Assembly (NCBI GenBank): GCA_002433895.1
Contig: DJJA01000004.1
Span: forward strand, 24,132-88,131
Length of the DNA stretch: 64,000 nt
Direction of reading: 5' to 3'
Origin: Candidatus Gottesmanbacteria bacterium UBA6580
Lineage (GTDB): Bacteria; Patescibacteriota; Microgenomatia; UBA10105; UBA927
The position numbers were made by a program, and so were the translations under genes. Positions within the stretch are counted from its first letter, which is position 1. Each line of letters begins with the position of its first letter. The notes under the pieces are model-generated. The model was not told the DNA's origin. It did no database searches and saw nothing but the letters and a program-made list of their open reading frames with translations. Shown here in pieces: positions 38,757-49,209 of the stretch.

Positions 38757-40016
38757 TTACCGTAAATTAACGATATAGAGGTTGTTGACCGCGGACGCGG
38801 CGCTATTGAGATTAGTGAGAATAACCAGTTTGCCGCCGGAAACCCAGGGAACGGCAAACGAATCCCAGAATGGACCGGCGTATGCCGTGCGTTTATTTGC
38901 CCCGTCGTAATCCATAATTCCTACTTTGTCTTTTTCTACAACAACCAGATGTTTGGATGTGGGCAGCCAATGGAGTACCTGCGCGACGTCATATGTTGGT
39001 TTTAGCGCGGGAACACGAGTGGCGGGTGACGGCTGAGGGAATATCTGGGAGATTTTTGCAACCGGATAATTCCGGTCTTCTTTGACGTCATACACATAGA
39101 TAGTGCCCGGGGTGAGTGTGCGGGATTCTTCGGTCGGGTTGGTGCCGATAAGCGGCGGGGTAATGATTTGCGGTAGTACGGCGGATGCAGTGGCTTCATA
39201 GAGAATTTTTGTCTCATCGGGAGACAGTGAGATGAGTTTAGCGGCTGCAGTCGCGGTGTCGGTGAACAGTCTGGGAACGGTGACTAATTGTTCTTTTGTG
39301 CGCTGTTCCTTGATAGACTGCCATGTGGTTTGAAGTAGTTTGATATTGGAAACGGGAAGTGGTAGGTCATTACTCTGGTCGGCGACCAGCAGGTAATGTG
39401 CATTTGATGAAAGGGTTGCGAGAATTTCTTTGTTATCTGGTGACCAGGTAAGGGTTGCTTTCGAAAAATTGACCGCGCTCGATTTAGCAATTTGCCTCGC
39501 GTCGCGGTTGAGCCCTAATGGTTTATCGACCAGATCAAGCACCCACACCCCTGGCCGGGTGTTGGGAAGTGAAGCAGAGGTGGTGGCGGTCGTGTCGGGT
39601 ATGACGTAGGCAAGTTTTGAGCCATCCGGGGATAGTGATGGATTGACGACGCCGGTAGCGGTGAGCGCAGTAAGCGACGGATTTGTCGGAAGCAACAGTG
39701 CTTCTCCTTTGGCGACTACTTCGCCCTGTATTTTCATCCGTTTTTGCCATGGCTGGAAACCGTCTTTGGCGATGGTGACATCATACCATCCGGGCGGAAG
39801 GGTCAGGGTCGCCTGTGTGGCAGTTTTGACTTTGCCATCGATAATGATTTGTGCTCCTGAAGGATCGGATTGTAAAACGATAAGCCCGGTGGGTTGCACG
39901 GAGCCGTCAGTGTGCAGGCGGTAGCCGCGACCGTACGCAATGATTGCTCCCGCGGTCGCGAGAATGATACAAAAGGTAACAAAGGGTATCAAAAATGAGC
40001 GAATTTTTGTAGCCAT
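38757..40016 (-). CDS. PEGA-domain membrane-anchored protein with TolB-like beta-propeller
   Basis: N-terminal TM + AYGRGYR; SDPSGAQIIIDG...LPPGWYDVTIAKDGFQPW; SPDG/WSPD blade repeats. Confidence 0.85.
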   Translation of the reverse strand: MATKIRSFLIPFVTFCIILATAGAIIAYGRGYRLHTDGSVQPTGLIVLQSDPSGAQIIIDGKVKTATQATLTLPPGWYDVTIAKDGFQPWQKRMKIQGEVVAKGEALLLPTNPSLTALTATGVVNPSLSPDGSKLAYVIPDTTATTSASLPNTRPGVWVLDLVDKPLGLNRDARQIAKSSAVNFSKATLTWSPDNKEILATLSSNAHYLLVADQSNDLPLPVSNIKLLQTTWQSIKEQRTKEQLVTVPRLFTDTATAAAKLISLSPDETKILYEATASAVLPQIITPPLIGTNPTEESRTLTPGTIYVYDVKEDRNYPVAKISQIFPQPSPATRVPALKPTYDVAQVLHWLPTSKHLVVVEKDKVGIMDYDGANKRTAYAGPFWDSFAVPWVSGGKLVILTNLNSAASAVNNLYIVNLR

Positions 40017-40118
40017 AGAAAATGTGAAGTATACGCGTCTAGTATACCGCACATTGTGATAGAATGCTAATAAAGCGTTTCGAGATAAAACCTACGGTTT
40101 TTTCTCTCACAAAAATAT

Positions 40119-41189
40119 ATGTTTGGATTGACGAAGCGACTAGGAATAGATTTAGGCACGGCAAATTCCGTTGTCTGGCTGGCAGGCACGGGGGTAGTGC
40201 TTAATGAGCCTACGGTTGTTGCGGTGACCACTGATGACGGACGAGTCGTCGCGGTGGGGAACGAGGCCAAGGATATGCTTGGGAGAACTCCCGGCAATAT
40301 TATGGCAAGCCGGCCCATGCGGGACGGAGTGATAGCCGATTACCGTATTACCGAAGCGATGCTTTCGCATTTTATTGACCGGGCAGTAGGCAGAAACCGC
40401 ATATTGAAGCCAGAGGTGATGATTTGTGTGCCTACAGGAGCTTCTCAGGTAGAACGCCGGGCGGTCGTGGATGCAACGCTCGCCGCGGGAGCCAAAGTTG
40501 CCTATCTTATCGAAGAGCCACTTGCGGCAGCCATTGGCGCGAAAATCCCTATCGCACAGGCCAGCGGGCATATGATTGTCGATATGGGCGGTGGCAGCAC
40601 GGAAGCGGCTGTGATTTCTCTCGGTGGGGTGGTTGTACATAAAAGCGCACGGGTAGCCGGCAATAAGATTGATGAGGCTATCGCTAATTTTGTAAAGAAA
40701 AATTATAACCTGATTATCGGTGAACGGATGGCAGAGGCAATCAAAATAACCATTGGTGACGCGGTGGGCGGTAAGATTGCGCCAAGCGCCAAGCCAGGTA
40801 CTCCTGCTCAAATAAAAGCCGGGACACCAAAAGAAAACCAGGAAAGTATGGAGGTGCGGGGAAGAGACGCTATTTCCGGGCTCCCACGGATTATCAATCT
40901 GACGAAATCTGAAGTGACACTTGCTATCAGTCCGGTGCTTCATCATGTGATTGCCGCGATCAAAAGCGTGTTGGAAGAAACGCCGCCCGAGTTAGCGGCG
41001 GATATCATTGATAAGGGGATTGTGATGGCTGGTGGGACCAGTTTGCTGCGGAATTTTGATAAATTAGTAACGGAAATGACCGGAGTTCCCGCGCATATTG
41101 CTGATGAACCGCTTCTTTGTGTAGTGAGGGGCACCGGGGTGGCGATAGAAAATATCGAATTGTACAAGCGGAGCATAAGTAAAAAATAA
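40119..41189 (+). CDS. mreB: rod shape-determining actin-like ATPase MreB
   Basis: GIDLGTAN, NEPTVVA, RPMRDGVIAD, VDMGGGSTE, LEETPPELAADI. Confidence 0.97.
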   Translation: MFGLTKRLGIDLGTANSVVWLAGTGVVLNEPTVVAVTTDDGRVVAVGNEAKDMLGRTPGNIMASRPMRDGVIADYRITEAMLSHFIDRAVGRNRILKPEVMICVPTGASQVERRAVVDATLAAGAKVAYLIEEPLAAAIGAKIPIAQASGHMIVDMGGGSTEAAVISLGGVVVHKSARVAGNKIDEAIANFVKKNYNLIIGERMAEAIKITIGDAVGGKIAPSAKPGTPAQIKAGTPKENQESMEVRGRDAISGLPRIINLTKSEVTLAISPVLHHVIAAIKSVLEETPPELAADIIDKGIVMAGGTSLLRNFDKLVTEMTGVPAHIADEPLLCVVRGTGVAIENIELYKRSISKK

Positions 41190-41438
41190 CGTCACCGTAA
41201 CCCAAGAGGGGTAGTAAAAAAACTACTAAGACTTATAGTTTAATAGGAATTATTGAGATAAGTCGAAAATCGGTTATAATGCGGTAAATAAGAATTTTTT
41301 AGATAATAACTTATAGTTAATTTGATAACGTGAAGAGTAAAAGTGGAAAAAAGTGAATAATTAGCTACATTTATTAGTGTTCAATACATATATACATTCC
41401 TATTTTTTTCAATTAAATTCCGTATATAGCGCTATTAT

Positions 41439-42275
41439 ATGAGCTTAAATAATCAAAAAATTCTCGGGATAAGTGTTACTACAGATAAGAAGGAAATAAT
41501 CCTAGAAGATATCAAAGAAGGTCTAAGCGTTTTTGCACAATCACGGCATCAACCCCCGGGAAAACGAAGGAAACCCCGTATAGTTGTCACTCCAAATCCG
41601 GAACAAATCATGTATGCGAGGAAGCATAAGCAATTCAGGGATATACTCAATCAGGCTGATGTGGCGCTCCCGGATGGCATAGGGTTGGTGTGGGCAGCGC
41701 GGTTTTTAGGTGACAAGACCTCTGGTACAACAGATGGCGAAACAATTACCCGGATACCAGGCGTGGAATTTATGGAAGATCTCGTGCAGGATGCCGCGAA
41801 ACGGGGCGTCAGAATAGGACTTATAGGCGGTTTTACAGGTTTAGCAGTCAAGGCTTTGGAGTGCTTACAGGGTGCGTATCCAAGCTTAATGGGCTGGGCA
41901 GAAGACGGACCGGCACTCCAAGGGGCTGATGAGACGGTCATAGAGGATATAGAAGCTTCGTATTGGCGCCGTTTAGCAGAAAAAATAGTAAAAACAAAGA
42001 CTGGTATTGTCTTTGTCGGTTTGGGGGCACCGAAGCAGGAGTATTTTATCTACCGGCTCACTCAGGAATTGTCTGCACCGGTGGTTTGCATGAGTGTGGG
42101 TGGGTCATTTGCCATTTTCGCAAATAAACTCAAACGTGCACCATTATTTATTAGATCGATAGGGTTTGAGTGGTTTTGGCGATTACTTCAAGAGCCATGG
42201 CGAGTGCGCCGGCAATTCCAATTATTTCGTTTCATCGTATTGGTGTTTCGAACAAAATTTTTGCATCCCCGTTAA
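41439..42275 (+). CDS. WecB/TagA/CpsF family (GT26) glycosyltransferase
   Basis: VTPNPE, PDGIG, VGLGAPKQE, VGGSF, KRAP...GFEWFWRLLQEPWR. Confidence 0.93.
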   Translation: MSLNNQKILGISVTTDKKEIILEDIKEGLSVFAQSRHQPPGKRRKPRIVVTPNPEQIMYARKHKQFRDILNQADVALPDGIGLVWAARFLGDKTSGTTDGETITRIPGVEFMEDLVQDAAKRGVRIGLIGGFTGLAVKALECLQGAYPSLMGWAEDGPALQGADETVIEDIEASYWRRLAEKIVKTKTGIVFVGLGAPKQEYFIYRLTQELSAPVVCMSVGGSFAIFANKLKRAPLFIRSIGFEWFWRLLQEPWRVRRQFQLFRFIVLVFRTKFLHPR

Positions 42276-42395
42276 GGTTTCCTCCCGGCTCACGTGAGCC
42301 CGCATACTTCAATTGTTTTCTTGTCTGGCGGCGGATGGGTTTTGAAGGCACTCTGGTTGTGGGTGGTACGTGCGGTAATGTATAATACTCAAATC

Positions 42396-43607
42396 ATGCG
42401 GATTCTGTATTTACAGACGTTCCCGTTTTGGGGTTCCGGGAGTGGTACATACGCGCGGCATCTTGCTTCTGAAGTAGGCAGGCGCCATAAGGTTGCTATT
42501 TTGGCACCTGATACGCGACCTATTGAACGGGCGAAACTTTACCCCGTGACACTCCCATTTCCTGTCGCATTTACCGGGCATCCCGAATGGCCGGATTGTA
42601 AACTCTATCAAAACCTCACGAGTGAAGAGATTTGGGAAGTATATGACACGTTTCTCCGCGCGACTATCAAGGCGGTAGAAGATTTCCGCCCTGAAATAAT
42701 CCATGCGCATCATGCCTTTCCGACCGCCTGGCTCGCGGCGTTCATCAAAGACACCTACAACATAAATTATGTGGTCACTATTCATGGATCTGAGCTCCCC
42801 ACACTTGAGCGTGACCGGCGGTATTGGCAGCGCACGTTTGATGCGATGTACCGGGCGAAAGCAATTTATCCGAATTCCGGCTACACCAGAGACTGGTTCC
42901 TGCGGATTTTTAAGGGGAATTTCCGTGAGAAATGCAAGGTTATTCCGGGAGGGGTGAACATCGAAAAATTCATTCATAGTGATTCGGGGGCCAAAGACGT
43001 TGATAAAAGCCTCAATCTTCATGGGAAGCCGGTGGTGGTGTTTGCCGGCAAGCTCACGAAATATAAAGGTGTGGAATATCTTGTGGGGGCGGCAAAAAAT
43101 ATTCATGGCGAAGTGGTTATCTTGGGTGATGGTCCGGAGCGTAAGAGTCTTGAGGAAAAAGCGAAAAATTTGGGGCTTACCAATATTCATTTTATTGGCC
43201 ATCTGGGAGCAGGAGTGAAAAAACTAGTGCCGTATTACTCACGAGCCGACGTGTTTGTCGCGCCCAGCGTCTGGGACGAGCCATTGGGACTCGTTATTTT
43301 GGAATCAATGGCGTGTGGTACGCCAGTGGTGGTGACGCGGAAGGGGGGTATCCCACTCGCCGTGAAAGAAGGGTATAACGGATTTTTTGTGCGTCCACGG
43401 AATAGTTCAGAGATTGTAGAGAAAGTGAACAAACTGTTAGATAATCTATCATTACGTAACAAAATGGGTCAGAATTCACGGAAATCAGTGGAGGAAAAGT
43501 TTTCCTGGACGACTATTGGTGGCCAGTTTGAGCAGGGATATGGCAAATATGCCAAAAAGCCCAATGGTACCGCACCTCCGCCGCAAGTTCCCACGGTAAA
43601 AAAGTAA
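42396..43607 (+). CDS. GT4 glycosyltransferase
   Basis: GSGSGTY, TIHGSE, PSVWDEPLGLVILESMACGTP; TATAAT 9 nt before ATG. Confidence 0.92.
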   Translation: MRILYLQTFPFWGSGSGTYARHLASEVGRRHKVAILAPDTRPIERAKLYPVTLPFPVAFTGHPEWPDCKLYQNLTSEEIWEVYDTFLRATIKAVEDFRPEIIHAHHAFPTAWLAAFIKDTYNINYVVTIHGSELPTLERDRRYWQRTFDAMYRAKAIYPNSGYTRDWFLRIFKGNFREKCKVIPGGVNIEKFIHSDSGAKDVDKSLNLHGKPVVVFAGKLTKYKGVEYLVGAAKNIHGEVVILGDGPERKSLEEKAKNLGLTNIHFIGHLGAGVKKLVPYYSRADVFVAPSVWDEPLGLVILESMACGTPVVVTRKGGIPLAVKEGYNGFFVRPRNSSEIVEKVNKLLDNLSLRNKMGQNSRKSVEEKFSWTTIGGQFEQGYGKYAKKPNGTAPPPQVPTVKK

Positions 43608-43650
43608 TACATCTTGGATTTCTTTCCGTAACTGTAGTAGGCTAGAGCTT

Positions 43651-44724
43651 ATGAAGGTTCTCATCTTGGGTTCAGTCGCGCTTCCGGTGCCTCCGCCAAA
43701 GCAGGGAGGGACAGAGCGCATCGCCTATTGGCAGGCGACGGGGCTCGCAAAGTGTGGGTACGCAGTGACGCTCGTTGCCGCGCACGGCTCTAAAGTCGAT
43801 CCTTTGTATACGCTGGTAGAAATAGGCGGCGGAGATACCGTGACCGGGTCTTCCACGCAGTCAACAAGTGGTTTTACCGAAGGGTCGAGAAATCTCCGGA
43901 AAGAAATGATCTATATGGCTGAAGTTTCCCAGTGGCTGCTTGATCATGGGAAGTCATTCGACATTATTATTAACAATATGCGCGGCGGGGAGTCGGTACT
44001 TCTTCCGGTCGCCAAGCTTATCGGCCGGCCATTTGTAACGGTGATGCACCTGCCGGTATTTGATGAATTGGCGCAATTATTCCGTGCTTACCACACACCG
44101 GTTATCACCATTAGCAACGCGCAGCGGAAGGGGTTTGATGGAGTGAATTATGTGGGCACGGTGTACAACGCGACCGACCTCGACGAACTGCCGTTTCAAG
44201 AAGCTCCCAAAGATTATGTGTTGATGATGGGTTCGGTAGCTCCCCACAAAAATCAGAAAGATGGTATTTTGGCGGCAAAAGCGTTGGGTAAAAAGATAGT
44301 ACTCGCGGGCAAAATCGGGAACCAGGAGTATTGGACAAGGGAGATTGCGCCACTTGTCGACGGGGTTACCGTCGTGCACAAAGGGGAAATGGACATCGCC
44401 GAAAAAGCGGCACTTTTGGGAGGAGCGGAAGCGCTCGTGTTTCCTATTGTGTGGCCGGAGCCGTTTGGGCTAGTGATGATAGAGGCGATGGCGTGCGGTA
44501 CGCCGGTCGTTGCATATAATAATGGCGCTGTTTCTGAGGTTGTAGTTGATAGAAAGACAGGATTTGTTATAGATCCGTCACAAGGGGTAAACGGGTTAGT
44601 TGATGCCCTGAAACGTATACCGGAAATATCGCGTGAGGATTGCAGAACGCATGTGCAACACAATTTTACGGTAAAAGAAATGATCGATAGCCTAAAAAAA
44701 GCACTGCAGCGTGTGAAAGCTTAG
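43651..44724 (+). CDS. GT4 glycosyltransferase
   Basis: VPPPKQGGTER; WPEPFGLVMIEAMACGTP. Confidence 0.92.
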   Translation: MKVLILGSVALPVPPPKQGGTERIAYWQATGLAKCGYAVTLVAAHGSKVDPLYTLVEIGGGDTVTGSSTQSTSGFTEGSRNLRKEMIYMAEVSQWLLDHGKSFDIIINNMRGGESVLLPVAKLIGRPFVTVMHLPVFDELAQLFRAYHTPVITISNAQRKGFDGVNYVGTVYNATDLDELPFQEAPKDYVLMMGSVAPHKNQKDGILAAKALGKKIVLAGKIGNQEYWTREIAPLVDGVTVVHKGEMDIAEKAALLGGAEALVFPIVWPEPFGLVMIEAMACGTPVVAYNNGAVSEVVVDRKTGFVIDPSQGVNGLVDALKRIPEISREDCRTHVQHNFTVKEMIDSLKKALQRVKA

Positions 44725-44975
44725 ATAAAGTAAGAAATTGTTTGTCCCTGGCTAAGCAAATTTTCGATCACATCTAAACGTCCACCTGTCCGTGTCGCTG
44801 CCCGAAATACTGCAACTTGTTCATGTTGACCAGGTATTCCATGGGTAAGCGCATCAAGCTTTGTGAGATTGGTATAGGTTCTGACTGGGCGTTTTCCACG
44901 GGTGGTCATGACATCAGAATGACGTATTGTTACCAGTTCTCCTTCGGGATTTTTAAATAAGTGTACCGATATCAT
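44721..44975 (-). CDS. small hypothetical protein
   Basis: MISVHLFKNPEGE...; start uncertain. Confidence 0.4.
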   Translation of the reverse strand: MISVHLFKNPEGELVTIRHSDVMTTRGKRPVRTYTNLTKLDALTHGIPGQHEQVAVFRAATRTGGRLDVIENLLSQGQTISYFI

Positions 44976-45095
44976 AGGGTTTTTATGAATGCAGAGACCT
45001 ATATTATACCGCGATTTGTGCGAGATATGCAAATGAGTACAGCCTGTTTGTCTTGAGCGCGTGTTCCATTGTAAAATCGTTGCCTGCCTTTATTT

Positions 45096-45356
45096 ATGAA
45101 CGAAACACGGGGAGCAAAACGGCTTCATTTATTAACCGGTACGATGCGGGATATATCGGAGTTTGAAGAAGAGGCGGTACACATCGAAGTGTATCTGGGG
45201 GGTGAGTGGAAGCGGCGGGTGATGGTATTGCCCAAGTGGCAAATTGCCATAATGCGTGAGCGTGGTGTGTATAGCATGACGGATGACGACAAAGAAGAAA
45301 TTCAGGTGCGGCTCGCGCCTGAACGCAGGGCGCGCGCGAGACGTGTCCGCCGTTAA
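45096..45356 (+). CDS. small hypothetical protein with Arg-rich tail
   Basis: 86-aa ORF. Confidence 0.5.
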   Translation: MNETRGAKRLHLLTGTMRDISEFEEEAVHIEVYLGGEWKRRVMVLPKWQIAIMRERGVYSMTDDDKEEIQVRLAPERRARARRVRR

Positions 45357-45413
45357 CGAATAAAATACCGCGCCGAGAAACCACTCCTTCATTTTTCATG
45401 CTATGATAAAAAT

Positions 45414-46472
45414 ATGCGTATAGCCCAGCTTGCCCCGCCGTATCTTCCTGTTCCACCCAAACAATACGGAGGCACCGAACGGATTGTTTCTCTCCTTACC
45501 GAAGGATTGGTTGCCCGGGGACATGACGTAACTCTTTTTGCCAGTGGAGACAGTATCACGTCAGCAACGCTTTCGAGCGTATATCCTGCCGCACTTGGTA
45601 ATAGCGGATTAAACAAAGGTGATGATGCCAAGCCGCTTGTCCACTATCACGCGTGTTATGCGAGAGCTTCGGAGTTTGATATCATCCACAGCCACGGCCA
45701 GTATCTGAGTGTACCCGGGGCAGAGGGGTTGCGTACCCCCGTGGTGTTTACCTGGCACGGCTCGTTTTATCCGGGAGAAACCGCCGAAGAAAAACGGGCT
45801 TTGCTGCAAAAATATAAACACCTCCGGTATATTTCTATTTCTGATAATCAGCGCGGTGGCCTGCCGGAACTTCATTATGTGGCTACGGTGTACAACGCAC
45901 TCGATGTTTATGCCTATGCGTTTTCGCGTCATGCATCTGATTATCTATTGTGGGTGGGGAGAGTAAGTCCCAAAAAAGGGGCATTGGATGCTATACGCGT
46001 GGCAAAGAGTCTTGGGATACGGCTCGAGATGGCTGCGGCCATAGACCCTATTGACCGCCCATATTTTGATGAACAGATTAAGCCCCATATAGATGGCGAG
46101 CGGGTGGTTTATCATGGTGAAGTCGGGCACGACGCGCTCGTAGAGCTGTATGGAGGAGCGGTTGCCACACTGTACCCGATTTCGTGGCATGAGCCATTTG
46201 GTCTGGTGATGGTGGAAAGCATGGCGTGTGGCACTCCGGTTATTGCGTATAACATGGGTTCTGTATCTGAAATAGTACGAGATGGATTGAATGGGTTTGT
46301 AGTAGATGTGTCAGCAGGAATTGACGGCCTGTGTGCTGCAGTGAAGCGCATAACGGAAATAGATCGAGTGGCATGTCGGGCAGATGTGAAAGTCCGGTTT
46401 CATACCGACCGGATGGTTTTGGATTATGAAAAGGCGTATGAAACGATAATTCATGAACATACCCATATATGA
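45414..46472 (+). CDS. GT4 glycosyltransferase
   Basis: VPPKQYGGTER; WHEPFGLVMVESMACGTP; extended -10 TGCTATGAT 6 nt before ATG. Confidence 0.93.
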   Translation: MRIAQLAPPYLPVPPKQYGGTERIVSLLTEGLVARGHDVTLFASGDSITSATLSSVYPAALGNSGLNKGDDAKPLVHYHACYARASEFDIIHSHGQYLSVPGAEGLRTPVVFTWHGSFYPGETAEEKRALLQKYKHLRYISISDNQRGGLPELHYVATVYNALDVYAYAFSRHASDYLLWVGRVSPKKGALDAIRVAKSLGIRLEMAAAIDPIDRPYFDEQIKPHIDGERVVYHGEVGHDALVELYGGAVATLYPISWHEPFGLVMVESMACGTPVIAYNMGSVSEIVRDGLNGFVVDVSAGIDGLCAAVKRITEIDRVACRADVKVRFHTDRMVLDYEKAYETIIHEHTHI

Positions 46473-47635
46473 AGATAGGAATGTATATATCACCGGCACA
46501 TACCGTTCCGCCGAATGAAAAAAATATACTGGCGCCATGGATATTGGCTGGGCAGCTTGCAGATGGGCTTGTGGGTAATCACCATGACGTTACACTTTTT
46601 GCCGCAAAGGGAAGTGCGACTCTGGCAACGCTTGTTCATGCTGGCATCAAAGCATCGGTTCTCTCCCGTGAGGAATTTGGGGATTTGGACGCATATAGGG
46701 CGTATGTCCTGGCACAGGAATTATCCCTGATGAGAGAGTGTATCCGGAAATCTAAATCTCGGGCAATTGACATACTGCATATTCATCATCCTATCGAAAA
46801 GTTATATCCCGCATTGCTGGCGATGCCTGCAGCCACACCTATTGTAATCACATTTCATGATCCCATCGCGCCGGAACGGTTTCCCGCTTTGGAGAAATTG
46901 CACGGGTTGGGTAATGTGCATTTCGTATCATTGTCTGCATCCCAACAAAATGGTGTGCCGTTTCCATTTGCGGGAGTTGTGCCAAACGGAGTGGATACAA
47001 CTCTGTTTCATCCCGATACCGATCTTCCGCTCCATGATCACCCGTTTATTATGACGGGAAGAATTGTGGAGCAAAAAGGCTTTCATGACGCCATACAGGC
47101 AGTGGGTAAGACCGGAAATAGACTATGCATTATTGGTCAATCGTATGATCATAATGACGCCGCAAAAACTTACTATGAGAAGCAAATTGTGCCCAATATC
47201 GATAATGCCCGTATCATGATGGAGCCTGTGGTGAAGCCGGGGCATTTAGTCGGGCATTATCAGGCGGCGAAGGCGTTACTTTTCCCAATACACTGGGAAG
47301 AGCCATTTGGTCTGGTGATGGTCGAGGCCATGGCGTGTGGAACGCCCGTCATTGCCTATAACCGCGGTAGTGTTTCTGAGATTGTAAAAGACGGAGTGAC
47401 AGGGTATATTGTTGACCCTCCGGAAACTGATGTACAGCAGGAGCAGCATCGCCAGATGCGCGGGTCATGGAAGATTAAAGCACCGGGTGTCGATGGGATT
47501 GTAGAGGCGATGAACCGCATAGGGGATATAAAGCGCGCAGCATGTAGAAAGCATGTCGAAGATCATTTTTCACTTTCCCGGATGGTTCAGGGGTATGAAG
47601 ATGTGTATAAAAAAATACGCAGTGCCACGAAATAA
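46469..47635 (+). CDS. GT4 glycosyltransferase
   Basis: WEEPFGLVMVEAMACGTP; ATGA overlap with the previous gene. Confidence 0.92.
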   Translation: MKIGMYISPAHTVPPNEKNILAPWILAGQLADGLVGNHHDVTLFAAKGSATLATLVHAGIKASVLSREEFGDLDAYRAYVLAQELSLMRECIRKSKSRAIDILHIHHPIEKLYPALLAMPAATPIVITFHDPIAPERFPALEKLHGLGNVHFVSLSASQQNGVPFPFAGVVPNGVDTTLFHPDTDLPLHDHPFIMTGRIVEQKGFHDAIQAVGKTGNRLCIIGQSYDHNDAAKTYYEKQIVPNIDNARIMMEPVVKPGHLVGHYQAAKALLFPIHWEEPFGLVMVEAMACGTPVIAYNRGSVSEIVKDGVTGYIVDPPETDVQQEQHRQMRGSWKIKAPGVDGIVEAMNRIGDIKRAACRKHVEDHFSLSRMVQGYEDVYKKIRSATK

Positions 47636-47709
47636 CTTCGGTATATTTGGTCATATTTTCTTTCTTTTTGTTCCCAACTCTCACGGGACACGTGCTATGA
47701 TGAAATGTA

Positions 47710-49140
47710 ATGAAGGTTTTGTTTGTCACAAGCGAGATTGCAACACTGTATAAAAAAGGTGGTCTTGCTGATGTGAGTTATGCCCTCCCTGTCGCTCTTT
47801 CCCAACGGGGGATTAATGTATCGGTAGCAATGCCGTTTTATGAAGCCATAAAGGTTCGTGATGTTTCGTGTGTTGGGCAGTTGGCCATTGATTATGACCG
47901 GCGGCGTGAATTAGTTTTTGTGTTTCGCACATTACTTCCTCATTCTCATGTGCGGGCGTATCTATTCCGGCATCCGTTGCTGAATGATTACGATGATGCA
48001 CATATAGCTGACCGGTTTGCCTTTTTTTCCAAGGCGGTAGCCCAGCTTTCGTTGTATTCAGAAAATGTCCTTGGAGGTCCGTATGACATTATTCATTGTA
48101 ATGATTGGCATACGGCACTTATTCCGTTGCTTATCGGGGAACAGAGCAAAGTGGGATATCGGGAACGGGAAACAATACAATCCAAAAGGGTCAAAACCAT
48201 CCTCACGGTTCATAATCTCCTTTATCAGGGGGAGGCGGGATTTTCTCTTACCCTCAAATTAGGTTTTCCAAAAACTATTTTTCACCCGTTTATGACACCG
48301 TTGGGCCGTGCTGTCCGGTTGTTGACGGAAGGGTTTGAATACGTAGATATTGTGACGACCGTGTCACCCACATACGCGAAGGAAATTACCCGTGGGGTTC
48401 ATGGAAAACGGATTGTTGAGATATTTAAGCGGCGCAAAGACACCATTGTAGGGATTTTAAACGGTTTAGACACCAAGCTTTGGGATCCGAGTAACGACCC
48501 GGCATTGCCAGTCCATTATTATCCGAATTCAGTGGCTCCTGCCAAAGCGAAAATTAAACAACAGTTGCAGCAGGCAGTACGGCTACCAAAGTCTGATGCG
48601 CCGCTGTTCGGTTTTGTGGGGCGTCTGGAGCCGCGGCAAAAAGGGCTTGATCTGATTGCCAGCGCTATTAAAAAATTGGCAACAGAAGATTATCAATTGG
48701 TGCTGCTGGGTACCGGGCAGAAAAGCCTGGTGACCCTGTTTGAGAAGCTCGCCCGTGACCATCACAATATCGCGTTTATCCATACATTTGATGAGCGCCT
48801 TGCCCGCCGGATTTATGCGGGAAGTGATATCATGTTAGTTCCATCAAAGTTTGAGCCTTGCGGATTAACACAGATGATCGCCATGCGCTATGGCACGCTT
48901 CCATTGGTACGAAAAACCGGCGGACTTGCTGATACCGTCAGTGACGGCAAGACAGGGTTTGTCTTCGGGCCATACACGAGTGCTGCCCTGCATGCCAAGA
49001 TGATAGAAGTGATATCGCTCTATCGGAACAATCCGAAGAAATTTTCATCGATGATGACCGCGGCAATGAAAGTTGATTTTTCGTGGGCGCACCAGGTGAA
49101 GGATTATATAAGACTTTACAAGTCACTTCTTGCGGGATAA
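47710..49140 (+). CDS. glgA: glycogen/starch synthase (GT5)
   Basis: KKGGLADV, HCNDWHT, TVHNL, TVSPTYA, PSKFEPCGLTQM, TGGLADTV. Confidence 0.95.
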   Translation: MKVLFVTSEIATLYKKGGLADVSYALPVALSQRGINVSVAMPFYEAIKVRDVSCVGQLAIDYDRRRELVFVFRTLLPHSHVRAYLFRHPLLNDYDDAHIADRFAFFSKAVAQLSLYSENVLGGPYDIIHCNDWHTALIPLLIGEQSKVGYRERETIQSKRVKTILTVHNLLYQGEAGFSLTLKLGFPKTIFHPFMTPLGRAVRLLTEGFEYVDIVTTVSPTYAKEITRGVHGKRIVEIFKRRKDTIVGILNGLDTKLWDPSNDPALPVHYYPNSVAPAKAKIKQQLQQAVRLPKSDAPLFGFVGRLEPRQKGLDLIASAIKKLATEDYQLVLLGTGQKSLVTLFEKLARDHHNIAFIHTFDERLARRIYAGSDIMLVPSKFEPCGLTQMIAMRYGTLPLVRKTGGLADTVSDGKTGFVFGPYTSAALHAKMIEVISLYRNNPKKFSSMMTAAMKVDFSWAHQVKDYIRLYKSLLAG

Positions 49141-49155
49141 CTTTCGTCGTGCCTG

Positions 49156-49207
49156 GTTTTTACTAGTTTTTCATTGAGTTTTTACCAGTTCTTACAAGTG
49201 CTTGTAA
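49156..49207 (-). repeat. array of five ~10-bp direct repeats
   Basis: Minus strand TTACAAGCAC TTGTAAGAAC TGGTAAAAAC TCAATGAAAAAC TAGTAAAAAC. Confidence 0.7.
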
Positions 49208-49209
49208 GT

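Noticed and set aside
37967-38857. 296-aa minus-strand ORF
   Set aside because: Overlaps tRNA-Arg and two other ORFs; no recognisable features
41339-41356. MraZ-like AAAGTG boxes between mreB and the GT26 gene
   Set aside because: Only two copies in very AT-rich DNA and no mraZ in the window
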